Under the pieces are notes generated by a model that saw nothing but the letters and a program-made list of their open reading frames with translations, was not told the origin of the DNA and made no database searches. A program made the position numbers and the translations under genes. A DNA stretch of 64,000 nt from contig JBEGVH010000009.1 in assembly GCA_041178425.1 (NCBI GenBank), positions 32,001-96,000 on the forward strand. Direction: 5' to 3'. How positions within the stretch are numbered: position 1 is the first letter of the stretch; each line of letters opens with the position of its first letter. Positions 38,377 through 48,165 of the stretch are shown here, one piece after another. The DNA is from Pseudomonadota bacterium. GTDB taxonomy: Bacteria > Bdellovibrionota > Bdellovibrionia > Bdellovibrionales > Bdellovibrionaceae.

Positions 38377-39531
38377 ATGTCGAAAAATTCGTCAGCGGGG
38401 CCCAAAATGCAGTTGAGAGAAAACACCATGGTCATTTTGAGCCTAGCAGGCCTCATCCTTGGAGGAAGTGTCCCCGCTGCGGCGAATCCCCTAGCGGTCG
38501 ATCGTTGTCAAACATCTCTTCAGTTCAATGACAACAAAAAGAGTGATCCAAGTGAGCCATTTCCGACCAATCCGCGCCTGAGTGTTCTTCTTGAAAATGG
38601 CGATGCTTTTAGTAAAGATGGAATTTCTCCTTTTTTTTATGGTTCGAGCTTTCGCCAACAATTTGAAATCGCTCAAAAACAATTGAGAATTCTCGGGGTT
38701 GAATTTGAAATTGAACAATCGAATGGGATTATCGAAAAGCTCCTCAAAAAACCAAAACTTATCATCAGGGCCAGCAAAAACGGAAGCCAGCTCAATCAAC
38801 TAGCCTTTGCCTTAAAAAAATCTCTTGGTGTTAGCCTTATTTACAAACCCCACGATTTGGGAAACACGGTCGCAGCCTACTATTTGGATTTTACCAAAGA
38901 GATCTGCCTTTCTCACAACAACATTATGTCGGGCAAACTCGATATCACCACCTTTCACGAAATCAGGCATGCGGCGCTCTCCTCAAAACTCGCAAGAGGC
39001 AACCCAACACTTTACGAAGGCAACTACCACAACTCAGGCAAAGTAAACAAAGATGATACCTATGGTAGCTATCTTTCGTTTCAAGAAATTTCGACCTACA
39101 GCCAAGATGCTAAATACGCTCACCGAGCCGTCTATGATCCATCAGCCGATAAACTGAGTGATGCCGACTACCGAACACTGGCTAGAAATGCAGGCTATGA
39201 AATCAGACATGCGGGCCTCATTATCAAAAAAGCGCAAGAGCACATTCAAGAGGCCCTCCATCTCGTCAATTCCGGAAAAGGCACCATTCACCTTGTTGAT
39301 TCGAATGACCGATTTCTCGTTTTGGAACTGATAATGAACGATGACGTCAGATTCGATTTTGCCATTCCATTGGAGGCACCCATCAACGAGATGTCGTCAC
39401 CACTGAGAGAATTATTAAGTCAACACATCAGAAAACTCGACAACTTGGCAGGAGAAAAACGAGATTACGTTCGAGAGCTCTATAAAGACCTCATCGATGA
39501 TGGACTGATAAAAATAAAAAAGAAGGAATGA
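38377..39531 (+). CDS. Secreted hypothetical protein with HEXXH motif
   Basis: Signal-like segment; TFHEIRHA plus downstream QEISTY (gluzincin-like third ligand). Confidence 0.55.
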   Translation: MSKNSSAGPKMQLRENTMVILSLAGLILGGSVPAAANPLAVDRCQTSLQFNDNKKSDPSEPFPTNPRLSVLLENGDAFSKDGISPFFYGSSFRQQFEIAQKQLRILGVEFEIEQSNGIIEKLLKKPKLIIRASKNGSQLNQLAFALKKSLGVSLIYKPHDLGNTVAAYYLDFTKEICLSHNNIMSGKLDITTFHEIRHAALSSKLARGNPTLYEGNYHNSGKVNKDDTYGSYLSFQEISTYSQDAKYAHRAVYDPSADKLSDADYRTLARNAGYEIRHAGLIIKKAQEHIQEALHLVNSGKGTIHLVDSNDRFLVLELIMNDDVRFDFAIPLEAPINEMSSPLRELLSQHIRKLDNLAGEKRDYVRELYKDLIDDGLIKIKKKE

Positions 39532-39567
39532 GTCACCTTTAATCAAAAAACTTAAGGGCCTAATGTT

Positions 39568-39876
39568 TTATTTTTTATCAGAGTATTTCGCTTCGAGATA
39601 ATCGATTATAATCTTTTGATCGCCTTCCGAAATAGGCGCACCATAGGATTGAACCATTTTATGCACGGTTTTCTCCCACCCAGCTCGATTCATCACCGGA
39701 GCATTTGTTTTGATATACTCTAAACTGTGGCAAATAATACAATAGGCAGCAACCTTTTCACCGCCCACTCCCTCTAATAATGGTTCCAACGGAGGATTTT
39801 TAACCTCCCCCGCCCACAAGAAAATGGTCTGTCCGCAAACCAAAAAAAGTGCAATAAAACTCATTTTTTTCATCAT
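39568..39876 (-). CDS. sorB: Monoheme cytochrome c, SorB-like subunit of sulfite dehydrogenase
   Basis: CIICH, W.KTV.KM..YGAPI....IIDYL pattern; directly downstream of sulfite-oxidase-family gene. Confidence 0.8.
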   Translation of the reverse strand: MMKKMSFIALFLVCGQTIFLWAGEVKNPPLEPLLEGVGGEKVAAYCIICHSLEYIKTNAPVMNRAGWEKTVHKMVQSYGAPISEGDQKIIIDYLEAKYSDKK

Positions 39877-39887
39877 ACAAGCTCCCA

Positions 39888-41081
39888 TCACTCGCCAACG
39901 ACTTGAATAGACTGGATCGCGTTATTATGGTATCCCGAAGGGTTGTGGACGGGACTCGTCGGTTGATTTTCTCCAGCGTCGTTCGTCGCTCTGGCCATAA
40001 CTTGATATTCGCTGCCTTTGTTGGGCGAAAATTTAAATGAAAAAGGGCGCCACGAATATTTACCTGGCTGCTCTCCCAATGTCGCCAAACTCCAATTTTT
40101 TCCAGCATCAATAGAAACTTCTACTTTTTGAATTCCATGACCACCATCCCAAGCAAATCCTTGGACACTGAATTCACTGCCACTCTTCAACTTCGCACCC
40201 TCTTTGAGATTGGTAATGAGTGAATTAATGAGTAACGATGAGATTGGAACCGATTTTTCATCTTCCTGCGAAGCAAAGCCTTTCTCCACCGTTGGAAACT
40301 TTCCTTTTTCAATCCGATAAGCTTTCTTCATCCAAAAATTATCTGAAGGCTTCGTTAGCGCTTCAATCGAAACCACCTCCTTAACCCAGTAACTCGCCAC
40401 CCAACCAGGAACGATGAGCCTCACCGGAAACCCATTACCCTTGGGCAGAGGTGCACCATTCAGCTCATAGGCAAGCAAGGTAGAGTCATCCATAGCTCTC
40501 TCGATTGGTATACTCTTCACGAAATCGGGGGTTCCCGGCAAGGTTGGAAAATCAGCACCGTTAAAAGCAATCTCGATAGTCTTTGGATTTATTCCTGCCC
40601 GCTGCAATACTTCTTTTAACCGAACGCCTCTCCACAAACCATTTCCAATGGCACCCTTACCCCACTGCACCCCTGGCACCCTTGGGTTAAACTCAGAACG
40701 GCGATTGCCTGCACACATTGACACCGCAGAAACCTCAACAGCAGTAAAGTCTTTCTTTAGTTTCGCCAAACTTAATTTGAATGGCTTTTCGAAACCCTCA
40801 CCATGAATTGAAATTTCCCATTTTTTTTCTACGACTTCTGTTGAATTGGGAAGATGACTGCGAACAAAGAATTTGTTGTTTGGTGTGTAGAGTGTATTGA
40901 GCTCTTCAATCGGTGTTTCGTAGTTGTGGGGGCGATCCGTCTGACGAATTAGGTCTGTTTCAAGATTTTTCTTGGGGGAGACAGCCTTCGAACCAGCAAC
41001 ACTCAATTCAGCCAAGCCTAAACAATTAAATGCTATTAAAAACAAATAACAAAAGTGGGATCCAAAGCTAAATAACTTCAT
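39888..41081 (-). CDS. sorA: Sulfite oxidase family molybdoenzyme, SorA-like
   Basis: ETP, FFVRSH, CAGNRR (Mo-ligating Cys), GFPVRLIVPGW...WVK, dimerisation domain, NPSGYHNN. Confidence 0.85.
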   Translation of the reverse strand: MKLFSFGSHFCYLFLIAFNCLGLAELSVAGSKAVSPKKNLETDLIRQTDRPHNYETPIEELNTLYTPNNKFFVRSHLPNSTEVVEKKWEISIHGEGFEKPFKLSLAKLKKDFTAVEVSAVSMCAGNRRSEFNPRVPGVQWGKGAIGNGLWRGVRLKEVLQRAGINPKTIEIAFNGADFPTLPGTPDFVKSIPIERAMDDSTLLAYELNGAPLPKGNGFPVRLIVPGWVASYWVKEVVSIEALTKPSDNFWMKKAYRIEKGKFPTVEKGFASQEDEKSVPISSLLINSLITNLKEGAKLKSGSEFSVQGFAWDGGHGIQKVEVSIDAGKNWSLATLGEQPGKYSWRPFSFKFSPNKGSEYQVMARATNDAGENQPTSPVHNPSGYHNNAIQSIQVVGE

Positions 41082-41433
41082 TTTATCCTCTGTGATGTTT
41101 TCTTAGAACCTTTTCGTTCATTGACTCTGAAACTATAGTAATGAAAGAGCCTTCGTCCAGCACAAAACGTGGTCCTCAATGAAGGTCTAACTCGATGAGG
41201 GGCCGATCAACTGAAGTCAACTCTTCTTCTCAAAATACAACATCTGGTTCCGAGACAGTGACCCCCTTTAACCATTTTAACTTTGACCGCCGGAACACGA
41301 ATCAACTAACCTTTAGTGGAAGCTAGGGTGCATTTACAATTGAGACACCATAGTTAGATAAAGTAAACGATGTGCTGGGACATGGTTTCCCATTCGGTAC
41401 TGGCTAAAATAAAACATGAGAAGGAGTTCATAA

Positions 41434-42393
41434 ATGAAACAACTTAGAGCAAACATCAGGCATTTAGTCGCAATTTCATTATTTACCCTCAGCGCCGTAA
41501 CCACCCAGGCCGCCGACGAGTTCTTCATAACCGCTGAGGAGGCACAAAAATTACCCGCCGAATCAGTTCGTTTTGTTTATGCTGACTCTGAGAAAGACTT
41601 CGAAAAAGGCCATATTCCTAATTCAGTCGTCGCTTATGCCCACGATCTGAATTATCTCGATGACGTAAACAAGTGTAAAGGGCTTCCAATGTGCGAACCC
41701 ACAGCCGCGGCCTTCATTGGAAAGACTCTTGGCATTGATAACAAAACAAAGGTTGTTGTGTATGATTCTGGCGCTGGGGTAAATGCCTCTGGAGCTTGGT
41801 TCTTCATTACCCTTTACGGCCATCCCGATGTAAAAATTCTTGATGGAGGCCTTGCCAACTGGAAAGACAAAAAGTTCGCCGTAGAAACGGGTCATGGCAG
41901 CAAAGTAGCTGAAAAAACTTTTACCCCATCGATTAAAGCCGACATGTATGCCACTCGCGATGAAGTAGAAAAAGCGACTAAGGACTCTGCGCACTATTTA
42001 ATTCTCGACTCTCGACACAATCTAGACGAATACACAGGAAAACAATTATTAAGCGGCCTGACAGCTCCGGGAAAAGAGTCTACAGTTTCTCGCGGGGGCT
42101 TTATTCCAACAGCGGTTTTTTCTCCTTGGAAAAAGTATGCTGGCAATCCCAATGGCGACGCAGGCAAACCTACACTCAAAGGCAGCGACGATATCAACAA
42201 GCAATTAGAAAAACTTAAGAAGAACGGCTACGATCAAAATAAGACGGTCATCACTTACTGCCACGTTGGGCTTGGTCGCGGTTCATTCCAATATTTAGCG
42301 CTTTTACGAGCCGGCCATAAAAATGCAAAATTATATACGGGGTCTTGGCAAGACTGGGGCAACTCAAGCCTCCCGCTAGGAAAACAAGAGTAA
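41434..42393 (+). CDS. Exported tandem-domain rhodanese/thiosulfate sulfurtransferase
   Basis: Signal peptide; GHIPNS, VVYD, LDGGLANW, active-site loop TYCHVGLGRG, LYTGSWQDW. Confidence 0.85.
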   Translation: MKQLRANIRHLVAISLFTLSAVTTQAADEFFITAEEAQKLPAESVRFVYADSEKDFEKGHIPNSVVAYAHDLNYLDDVNKCKGLPMCEPTAAAFIGKTLGIDNKTKVVVYDSGAGVNASGAWFFITLYGHPDVKILDGGLANWKDKKFAVETGHGSKVAEKTFTPSIKADMYATRDEVEKATKDSAHYLILDSRHNLDEYTGKQLLSGLTAPGKESTVSRGGFIPTAVFSPWKKYAGNPNGDAGKPTLKGSDDINKQLEKLKKNGYDQNKTVITYCHVGLGRGSFQYLALLRAGHKNAKLYTGSWQDWGNSSLPLGKQE

Positions 42394-42429
42394 AAATTAA
42401 TTATTTTTTTCAACGACCAAGGAGGGAAC

Positions 42430-43557
42430 ATGTGGTTAGCGGCATTTAAAGGAGCATTAACGGGCCTTCTTTTTGGAATGGTTCTTTATAAAGTTGGTGC
42501 TTCTCGCTACTCGAGAGTCATGGGAATGTTGACAGTGAGAGACACTAAAGTAATGAAGTTTACCTTCGTGACGATTGCCACAGCTTCTTTTATCTACGGA
42601 CTAGCAGACATTTTTGGGTTTGCAGAATCTTGGCATCTCGTACCTCGAATCATGCCCTACATGGGAGCTTCGCACATCATCGGCGGCGTTCTCTTTGGCG
42701 CAACCCTCGGATGGGTTGGTTTTTGCCCGGGCACATGTTGGGCTAAGGCAGGAGGAATGGGAGGAGATAAAAAATTTACGGCCCTCTCTTCGATCCTTGG
42801 TCTTTTGGCAGGGATTCTCATTTACAACTTCTTCAAAGAATCCATGATGAGCAATGGAATTATCGCTACCGAGCAAAAACCCCTTACACTCCATGGTGTC
42901 CTAGGCCTTTCTTATGGGGCCGCAGCAATCACTTTTGGAGCGATTTTTCTTTTGATTGCAGTGCTTATTGACCGCGGTACCACCGAAAAGTTTTTTACCC
43001 CATCCATTCAACCAAAAGCTATTATTGATTGGATCAGAGGTGAGTGGAGCTGGATGGCTTCGGGAGTTCTTGCTGGAATTCTTATTACTGCCGCAACGAT
43101 GCAAGATGGGTATTTGGGATTTTCTGGAGCACTCCTTGCTCTTGTTGGCTGGTTTTCCCATCTAGTTGGTTTTCCTATTGCTTCAGTTCCTGTGATAAAT
43201 CAGGACATTCTTTGGCGTGCTTTTTTGATTATTGGCGTTTTTCCAGGAGGACTATTAGCCAGGGCCATCTCTACTAAGTCCTTTGCCGAGGTCAATTTTA
43301 AAGGCCACAAAGTTTTCTCTCTCCCTGCGATTATAAAATCTTTCGTTGGCGGAATTGGACTCTCGCTCGGCGCCATGATCGGAGGCGGATGCACAACGGG
43401 CGCTTACCTAGCCGCATGGCCCACCCTTTCGGTGGGTAGCCTTTTAATGGGAGCCACTTTTTTTGCTTCATCCATGATCGTTGCAAATTCCCTTCTCTGG
43501 TTAAGAAAAATCAATATTGGTGACATTCAGAACCTAGGCGACAAGGTTTGCGACTAA
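42430..43557 (+). CDS. YeeE/YedE family sulfur-compound (thiosulfate) transporter, two-repeat form
   Basis: Multi-TM; GGVLFG...GFCPGT and GAMIGGGCTTG Cys motifs. Confidence 0.85.
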   Translation: MWLAAFKGALTGLLFGMVLYKVGASRYSRVMGMLTVRDTKVMKFTFVTIATASFIYGLADIFGFAESWHLVPRIMPYMGASHIIGGVLFGATLGWVGFCPGTCWAKAGGMGGDKKFTALSSILGLLAGILIYNFFKESMMSNGIIATEQKPLTLHGVLGLSYGAAAITFGAIFLLIAVLIDRGTTEKFFTPSIQPKAIIDWIRGEWSWMASGVLAGILITAATMQDGYLGFSGALLALVGWFSHLVGFPIASVPVINQDILWRAFLIIGVFPGGLLARAISTKSFAEVNFKGHKVFSLPAIIKSFVGGIGLSLGAMIGGGCTTGAYLAAWPTLSVGSLLMGATFFASSMIVANSLLWLRKINIGDIQNLGDKVCD

Positions 43558-43572
43558 TTAAAGGAAACAGAC

Positions 43573-43701
43573 ATGACAAAAACAACACGACTCGTTTTTA
43601 TTATAGCCATACTTTTAATGCTCGGAAGCTTTATTCATCTTAAAAAAAGCAACAGCGAGCTGGCTCAAACTATTTCTCAACAAAGTCAGGTGGGCCAATG
43701 A
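43573..43701 (+). CDS. Small 42-aa single-TM protein (absent from the ORF track)
   Basis: RBS AAGGA at 43561-65; MTKTTRLVFIIAILLMLGSFIHLKKSNSELAQTISQQSQVGQ; its TGA overlaps the next ATG (ATGA). Confidence 0.6.
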   Translation: MTKTTRLVFIIAILLMLGSFIHLKKSNSELAQTISQQSQVGQ

Positions 43702-44162
43702 ATTCTAAAATCGAACTGGGTGCTTATTTTACCACTATCCTAGTGCTGGCGGGCCTTCTCTTTCAAGAAGGACAAAAACGAGTCGATTTACAATCTCAAA
43801 TTTCAATCCCTCCCCAAGAGCTCTATAAAAAGTTAAGCAACTCACAAACAAAACTGCAGATCATCGACATTCGTTCTGATCAATCTTCCTATGAAGATGC
43901 ACATGTTCCCGGCGCTATCCCCCTCTATAATTGTGATTTCTTAAAAGGCAACGAGTCGACGACCAAAAATATTTTCACCTTCGCACCAACAATTATTGTT
44001 TCTGAAAATGGCGATGAAAATGTTTTCAGAGACTGCGCCAAAAACTTTACCCAAGCCAGAAACCTCGCAGGTGGTATGGCTGCATGGAGTGAAGAGGGAC
44101 TACCTGAGGATTCAAGCGAATACTCCCCACCAAAACTTTCAGGTGGCGGTGGTTGCCTCTAA
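43698..44162 (+). CDS. Membrane-anchored single-domain rhodanese-like protein with C-terminal GGGGCL tail
   Basis: N-terminal TM; IIDIR...YEDAHVPGAI, NLAGGMAAW; catalytic loop reads IIVSENG (no Cys). Confidence 0.75.
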   Translation: MNSKIELGAYFTTILVLAGLLFQEGQKRVDLQSQISIPPQELYKKLSNSQTKLQIIDIRSDQSSYEDAHVPGAIPLYNCDFLKGNESTTKNIFTFAPTIIVSENGDENVFRDCAKNFTQARNLAGGMAAWSEEGLPEDSSEYSPPKLSGGGGCL

Positions 44163-44230
44163 AGAATGATTTACATTTAAAATAAATCCGGTTTACCCTA
44201 AGAGGGACTCATAAGCGAAACGGAGTTCCT

Positions 44231-47146
44231 ATGACGGTATCCAGAAGAGATCTATTAAAAGCTGCAGCTCTGGGAAGTGTTGCGATCGGTAGTAACACTT
44301 TAGCCAAAAATGCCTTTACTGAGCCAATTCCTCAAAAAGAAGCAAAAGATATTCCGGTTATCGTTGAAGATCCAAGAGCCTCCTACCTGAACACAAAATC
44401 GATTGAAGATATGTACCGTCGAGAGTTTGCAGAAACCTTTGGCGAAAAAAAAGACCATGGCTATGCCTATCACTGTGTGAATTGCCAAGGGAACTGTGCT
44501 TGGCAAGTATGGACTAAAGACGGAAAGGTAACCCGCGAAAACCAATCCGCCAGCTACCCACAAATTGCACCCAATATTCCCGATTATAATCCACGAGGGT
44601 GCAACAAAGGCGTTCAGCATTCCCAAATTATGTATGAACAAGACCGCTTGCTTTACCCCATGAAAAGAGTTGGGCCACGAGGTGAAGGGAAATGGAAAAG
44701 AATTTCTTGGGATGAAGCTATTACTGAGGTCAGTGAAAACCTCTACAATACCATGCAAGAAAAAGGGCCTGCTGGAAACTATATACATATCGGAGCAGGT
44801 GTTCTTACGGAAGGGCGCGCCGCCTCCGTAAAACGCCTTGGAACTCTTCTGGGCGCGGTGAGACCCTACATCGCTTCCTACGTTGGAGATATGTTTCCTG
44901 GAGTTTCAACTGTTTATGGAGAAGGCAATATAGGCTGCACCTATGATTTTATCTTCAAAACCAATGTGGCTATTTTTTGGGGATGCAACCCCAATACCTC
45001 TCGCATTCCCGATGCCCATTTTCTTTGGGAAGGAAAATACAACGGCTCCAAAATTGTGGTTATTTCACCCGAATACAACTCTACAGCGATTCATGCCGAC
45101 TTGTGGGTTCCAATTAAGCCAGGCTACGATGGCCATCTTGCAATGGCAGTTCTAAACGAAATCGTTTTCAAAAAAATGTACAACGAATCGTTTGTCAAAG
45201 AATTCACCGACCTTCCTCTCCTCGTTCGCAAGGATAACAAAGAGCTTGTTCGTTTTGCAGAAATCGATACCAAAGATTCGAATTTCGATAGCAAATCTTC
45301 AGAAAAACTTCTCAAAAAAATTCTTAAGCGGGAATTAAAAGAACACGAAGTTTTCTTAGCTTGGAATCAAAAAACCAATAAAATGACGGTGCTTCCGGGC
45401 TCTGAAGGAAGTCCAGTTGAAACACTCCGCCTCAAAGACCGAGGATGGAACATCAACCCTGCCCTTTCTGGAACCTGGAAGATCAAACTAAAAGACGGCC
45501 ACACCGTCGAAGTGACTACGGTGTTTGATCTTTTCAAACAAGAACTCAAAAAATTTGATCCACTCCGCATGCACGCAGTCACAGGCGTTCATCCAACGAT
45601 CGTTAGCGAACTGGCCCGCGACATGATTGTTCCTAAAAACACCTTAGTGACAATGGGGTTTTCACTCGGAAAGTATTTTAATGGCATGCTCATCCAAAGA
45701 GCTATCTCCGCCCTAACGGCGATTAGCGGTCGACTTGGCGAATCTGGCGGCCTAAACACCGAAAATGAATGGAACATCACTGGGCTTTCTGGCCTCTCTG
45801 GATTTGAAGGCAAATACCAGCATCGGTTTGCTTCTGGATTTGTGAGCGAGTACATGCTCGGTGACAATTTAAATGACTACGATCATCTCTACGCAGAAGC
45901 TGAAATTAAAGAGAGCACTGGACTCGGTAAAAAACAGTATCGAGAGAAAATTGAGAAAATAGTCAAAGACGGCGCCAACGATGAGGGATTTAAAAACGGC
46001 AAGCCTTATTGGACGACCATGGAAACCTTTTTGTTGTTCGCCGATGCGCGCTTTCGACGAAACAAAGGAAGCTACAAAGAAGCGTTCCTTAAAAAAGCTA
46101 AGTTTATTGCCTATGGCGATTACAGAATGTCTGATTTTTGTAACTACGCCGACATTTTACTCCCCTGCAAATCCCACTATGAGGTATGGGACATTAGAAC
46201 AAATCCGGGCTATCACCGTTTTGCTAATATTGCCTACCCTCCTGCAAACTTGAAAAATGTGGGAGAAGCTAAGTCCGAATGGGAGATCTCGACTCTTATC
46301 GCAGAAAAAATTCAAGACATCGCCCTGAAAAAATACAAATCTTCAGGTGATAAAAAAGCGATTCACGTGCCCGACACAACACACACTCAAACTGGGTTTC
46401 GTGCCCTCGACGAGGTCGTCAATGAGTTTACCATCGGAGGCAAAGTCCGATCAGACAAAGATGCTGTGGAGTACATGCTCGAGCACGTGGATCAGTTCAA
46501 GCCTAATTCGACAAAAACCATGTATGAGCGTGGAGGCTTTTTGGTTCTCAATGATAAAGCCGGAAAAAGCTCGCCACTCTACTCAAATAAGCCCTACAAT
46601 ACGTTTGAAAGTAACAAGCTCTTGTACCAACCTTTTGAAACGCTCACCGGACGACTCACCTTCTACGTTGATCATCACTTGTGGATTGAAACAGGGGCTC
46701 ACATACCGACAGCACGCAATCCGATCCGGCCCAAAAAGTTTCCGTTTGTACTGATGACACCACACGCACGATGGTCAATTCACTCAACCTATAAAACTTC
46801 TAAGATCCTCCAGCGACTGCAACGAGGTAAACCTTATATCATGATCAATCCTAAGGTTGCGGAGGCAAAAGGAATCAAGGACGGCGATGAGGTTAAAATG
46901 TTTAATGACCTTGGCGAAACGTTCCTCATGGCAAAAATAACTCCTTCGGCTCCTGAGCATTCTCTCGTGATGGAACACGGATGGGAACCCTTCATGTACA
47001 AGAATAAGGTTGGGCATAACGCGCTTGTGGGCGATATGATAAATTTGCTCGAACTCAGTGATGGATGGGGTCACCTTAAATTTGGAACGAACTGGGATGG
47101 AAACCAACACGCTTATGAAACCACAGTAGATATTGTGAAAGCTTAG
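44231..47146 (+). CDS. Tat-exported type II DMSO-reductase-family Mo-bisMGD catalytic (alpha) subunit (NarG/SerA/PcrA/DdhA/EbdA-like), substrate unknown
   Basis: SRRDLLK Tat signal; HCVNCQGNC...PRGCNKG FS0 motif; YVGDMFPG likely Asp Mo ligand; TPHARWSIHS; C-terminal molybdopterin dinucleotide-binding domain. Confidence 0.9.
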   Translation: MTVSRRDLLKAAALGSVAIGSNTLAKNAFTEPIPQKEAKDIPVIVEDPRASYLNTKSIEDMYRREFAETFGEKKDHGYAYHCVNCQGNCAWQVWTKDGKVTRENQSASYPQIAPNIPDYNPRGCNKGVQHSQIMYEQDRLLYPMKRVGPRGEGKWKRISWDEAITEVSENLYNTMQEKGPAGNYIHIGAGVLTEGRAASVKRLGTLLGAVRPYIASYVGDMFPGVSTVYGEGNIGCTYDFIFKTNVAIFWGCNPNTSRIPDAHFLWEGKYNGSKIVVISPEYNSTAIHADLWVPIKPGYDGHLAMAVLNEIVFKKMYNESFVKEFTDLPLLVRKDNKELVRFAEIDTKDSNFDSKSSEKLLKKILKRELKEHEVFLAWNQKTNKMTVLPGSEGSPVETLRLKDRGWNINPALSGTWKIKLKDGHTVEVTTVFDLFKQELKKFDPLRMHAVTGVHPTIVSELARDMIVPKNTLVTMGFSLGKYFNGMLIQRAISALTAISGRLGESGGLNTENEWNITGLSGLSGFEGKYQHRFASGFVSEYMLGDNLNDYDHLYAEAEIKESTGLGKKQYREKIEKIVKDGANDEGFKNGKPYWTTMETFLLFADARFRRNKGSYKEAFLKKAKFIAYGDYRMSDFCNYADILLPCKSHYEVWDIRTNPGYHRFANIAYPPANLKNVGEAKSEWEISTLIAEKIQDIALKKYKSSGDKKAIHVPDTTHTQTGFRALDEVVNEFTIGGKVRSDKDAVEYMLEHVDQFKPNSTKTMYERGGFLVLNDKAGKSSPLYSNKPYNTFESNKLLYQPFETLTGRLTFYVDHHLWIETGAHIPTARNPIRPKKFPFVLMTPHARWSIHSTYKTSKILQRLQRGKPYIMINPKVAEAKGIKDGDEVKMFNDLGETFLMAKITPSAPEHSLVMEHGWEPFMYKNKVGHNALVGDMINLLELSDGWGHLKFGTNWDGNQHAYETTVDIVKA

Positions 47147-47169
47147 ATTTTTAAGGATAGGAAATCGAT

Positions 47170-48165
47170 ATGTCAAAACGTCAACTCGCAATGGTTATGG
47201 ATTTAAATAAATGTATCGGCTGCCAGACCTGCACGGTCGCTTGCAAAACCCAGTGGACCAATCGCAATGGTCGCGAATACATGTATTGGAACAATGTCGA
47301 AACAAAACCTGGACCAGGTTATCCGAAAAAGTGGGAAGACATGGGCGGTGGTTTTGATTCCTCAGGTAATCTTTTAGAAGGCGAAGTTCCTGGGCTCACA
47401 AAAGACTATGGAGTGCCCTGGGATTTTAACTATGATGAAATTGCAAGTGGTGTTCCTTTAGTTTCGACCTCCGAACCAAAAGTTGGGCCTAACTGGGATG
47501 AAGACGCCGGTTTAGGAGATTTTCCAAATTCATATTATTTTTATTTACCTAGAATCTGCAACCACTGCTCGAATCCAGGATGTCTTTCAGCCTGTCCCCG
47601 TGGAGCTATTTTTAAAAGAGATCAAGATGGCATTGTTCTCGTTGATCATGATCGATGTGAAGGACTTAAATATTGCATCGCTGGCTGCCCTTACAAGAAA
47701 ATTTATTTTAACCCGAAGCTCTTTAAATCAGAGAAATGTATTATGTGCTTTCCAAGAATCGAGAAGGGTCTCCCTCCTGCGTGCGCTCAACAGTGTGTCG
47801 GTCGTATTCGATTTGTTGGCTACCTAGATGACCTTGAGGGCCAAGTTTATAAATTGGTTCACCAATACAAAGTCGCCCTCCCTCTTCATTCGGAATATGG
47901 AACTCAACCTAATGTGTTTTATGTGCCACCATTGAGCGGGCCAAAAAAGTTCGACAAAACCGGAAAACAAATCGAAGGTAGCGACAGAATTCCTCTGGAA
48001 TACCTCGAAAGCCTTTTTGGCAAAGAGGTATCGAGCGCTTTAAAGACACTAGAAATCGAGCGCCAAAAAAAGAAAGAGGGCAAACCCTCCGAGCTTATGG
48101 ATCTTCTGATTGCCTATAAACATTCAGAAATGTTTCGCATCAAGCCGGAGGCAAAAAATGCATAA
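47170..48165 (+). CDS. Fe-S beta subunit (NarH/SerB/EbdB-like)
   Basis: DLNKCIGCQTCTVACK, CNHCSNPGCLSACP, CEGLKYCIAGCPY (3Fe-4S type), CIMC...CAQQCVGRIR. Confidence 0.92.
   Translation: MSKRQLAMVMDLNKCIGCQTCTVACKTQWTNRNGREYMYWNNVETKPGPGYPKKWEDMGGGFDSSGNLLEGEVPGLTKDYGVPWDFNYDEIASGVPLVSTSEPKVGPNWDEDAGLGDFPNSYYFYLPRICNHCSNPGCLSACPRGAIFKRDQDGIVLVDHDRCEGLKYCIAGCPYKKIYFNPKLFKSEKCIMCFPRIEKGLPPACAQQCVGRIRFVGYLDDLEGQVYKLVHQYKVALPLHSEYGTQPNVFYVPPLSGPKKFDKTGKQIEGSDRIPLEYLESLFGKEVSSALKTLEIERQKKKEGKPSELMDLLIAYKHSEMFRIKPEAKNA

Noticed and set aside
44231..47146. Naming the enzyme narG, serA, pcrA or nxrA
   Set aside because: Family is clear but substrate is not: active-site motif differs, and there is no narJ/narI/narK or chlorite dismutase in the window
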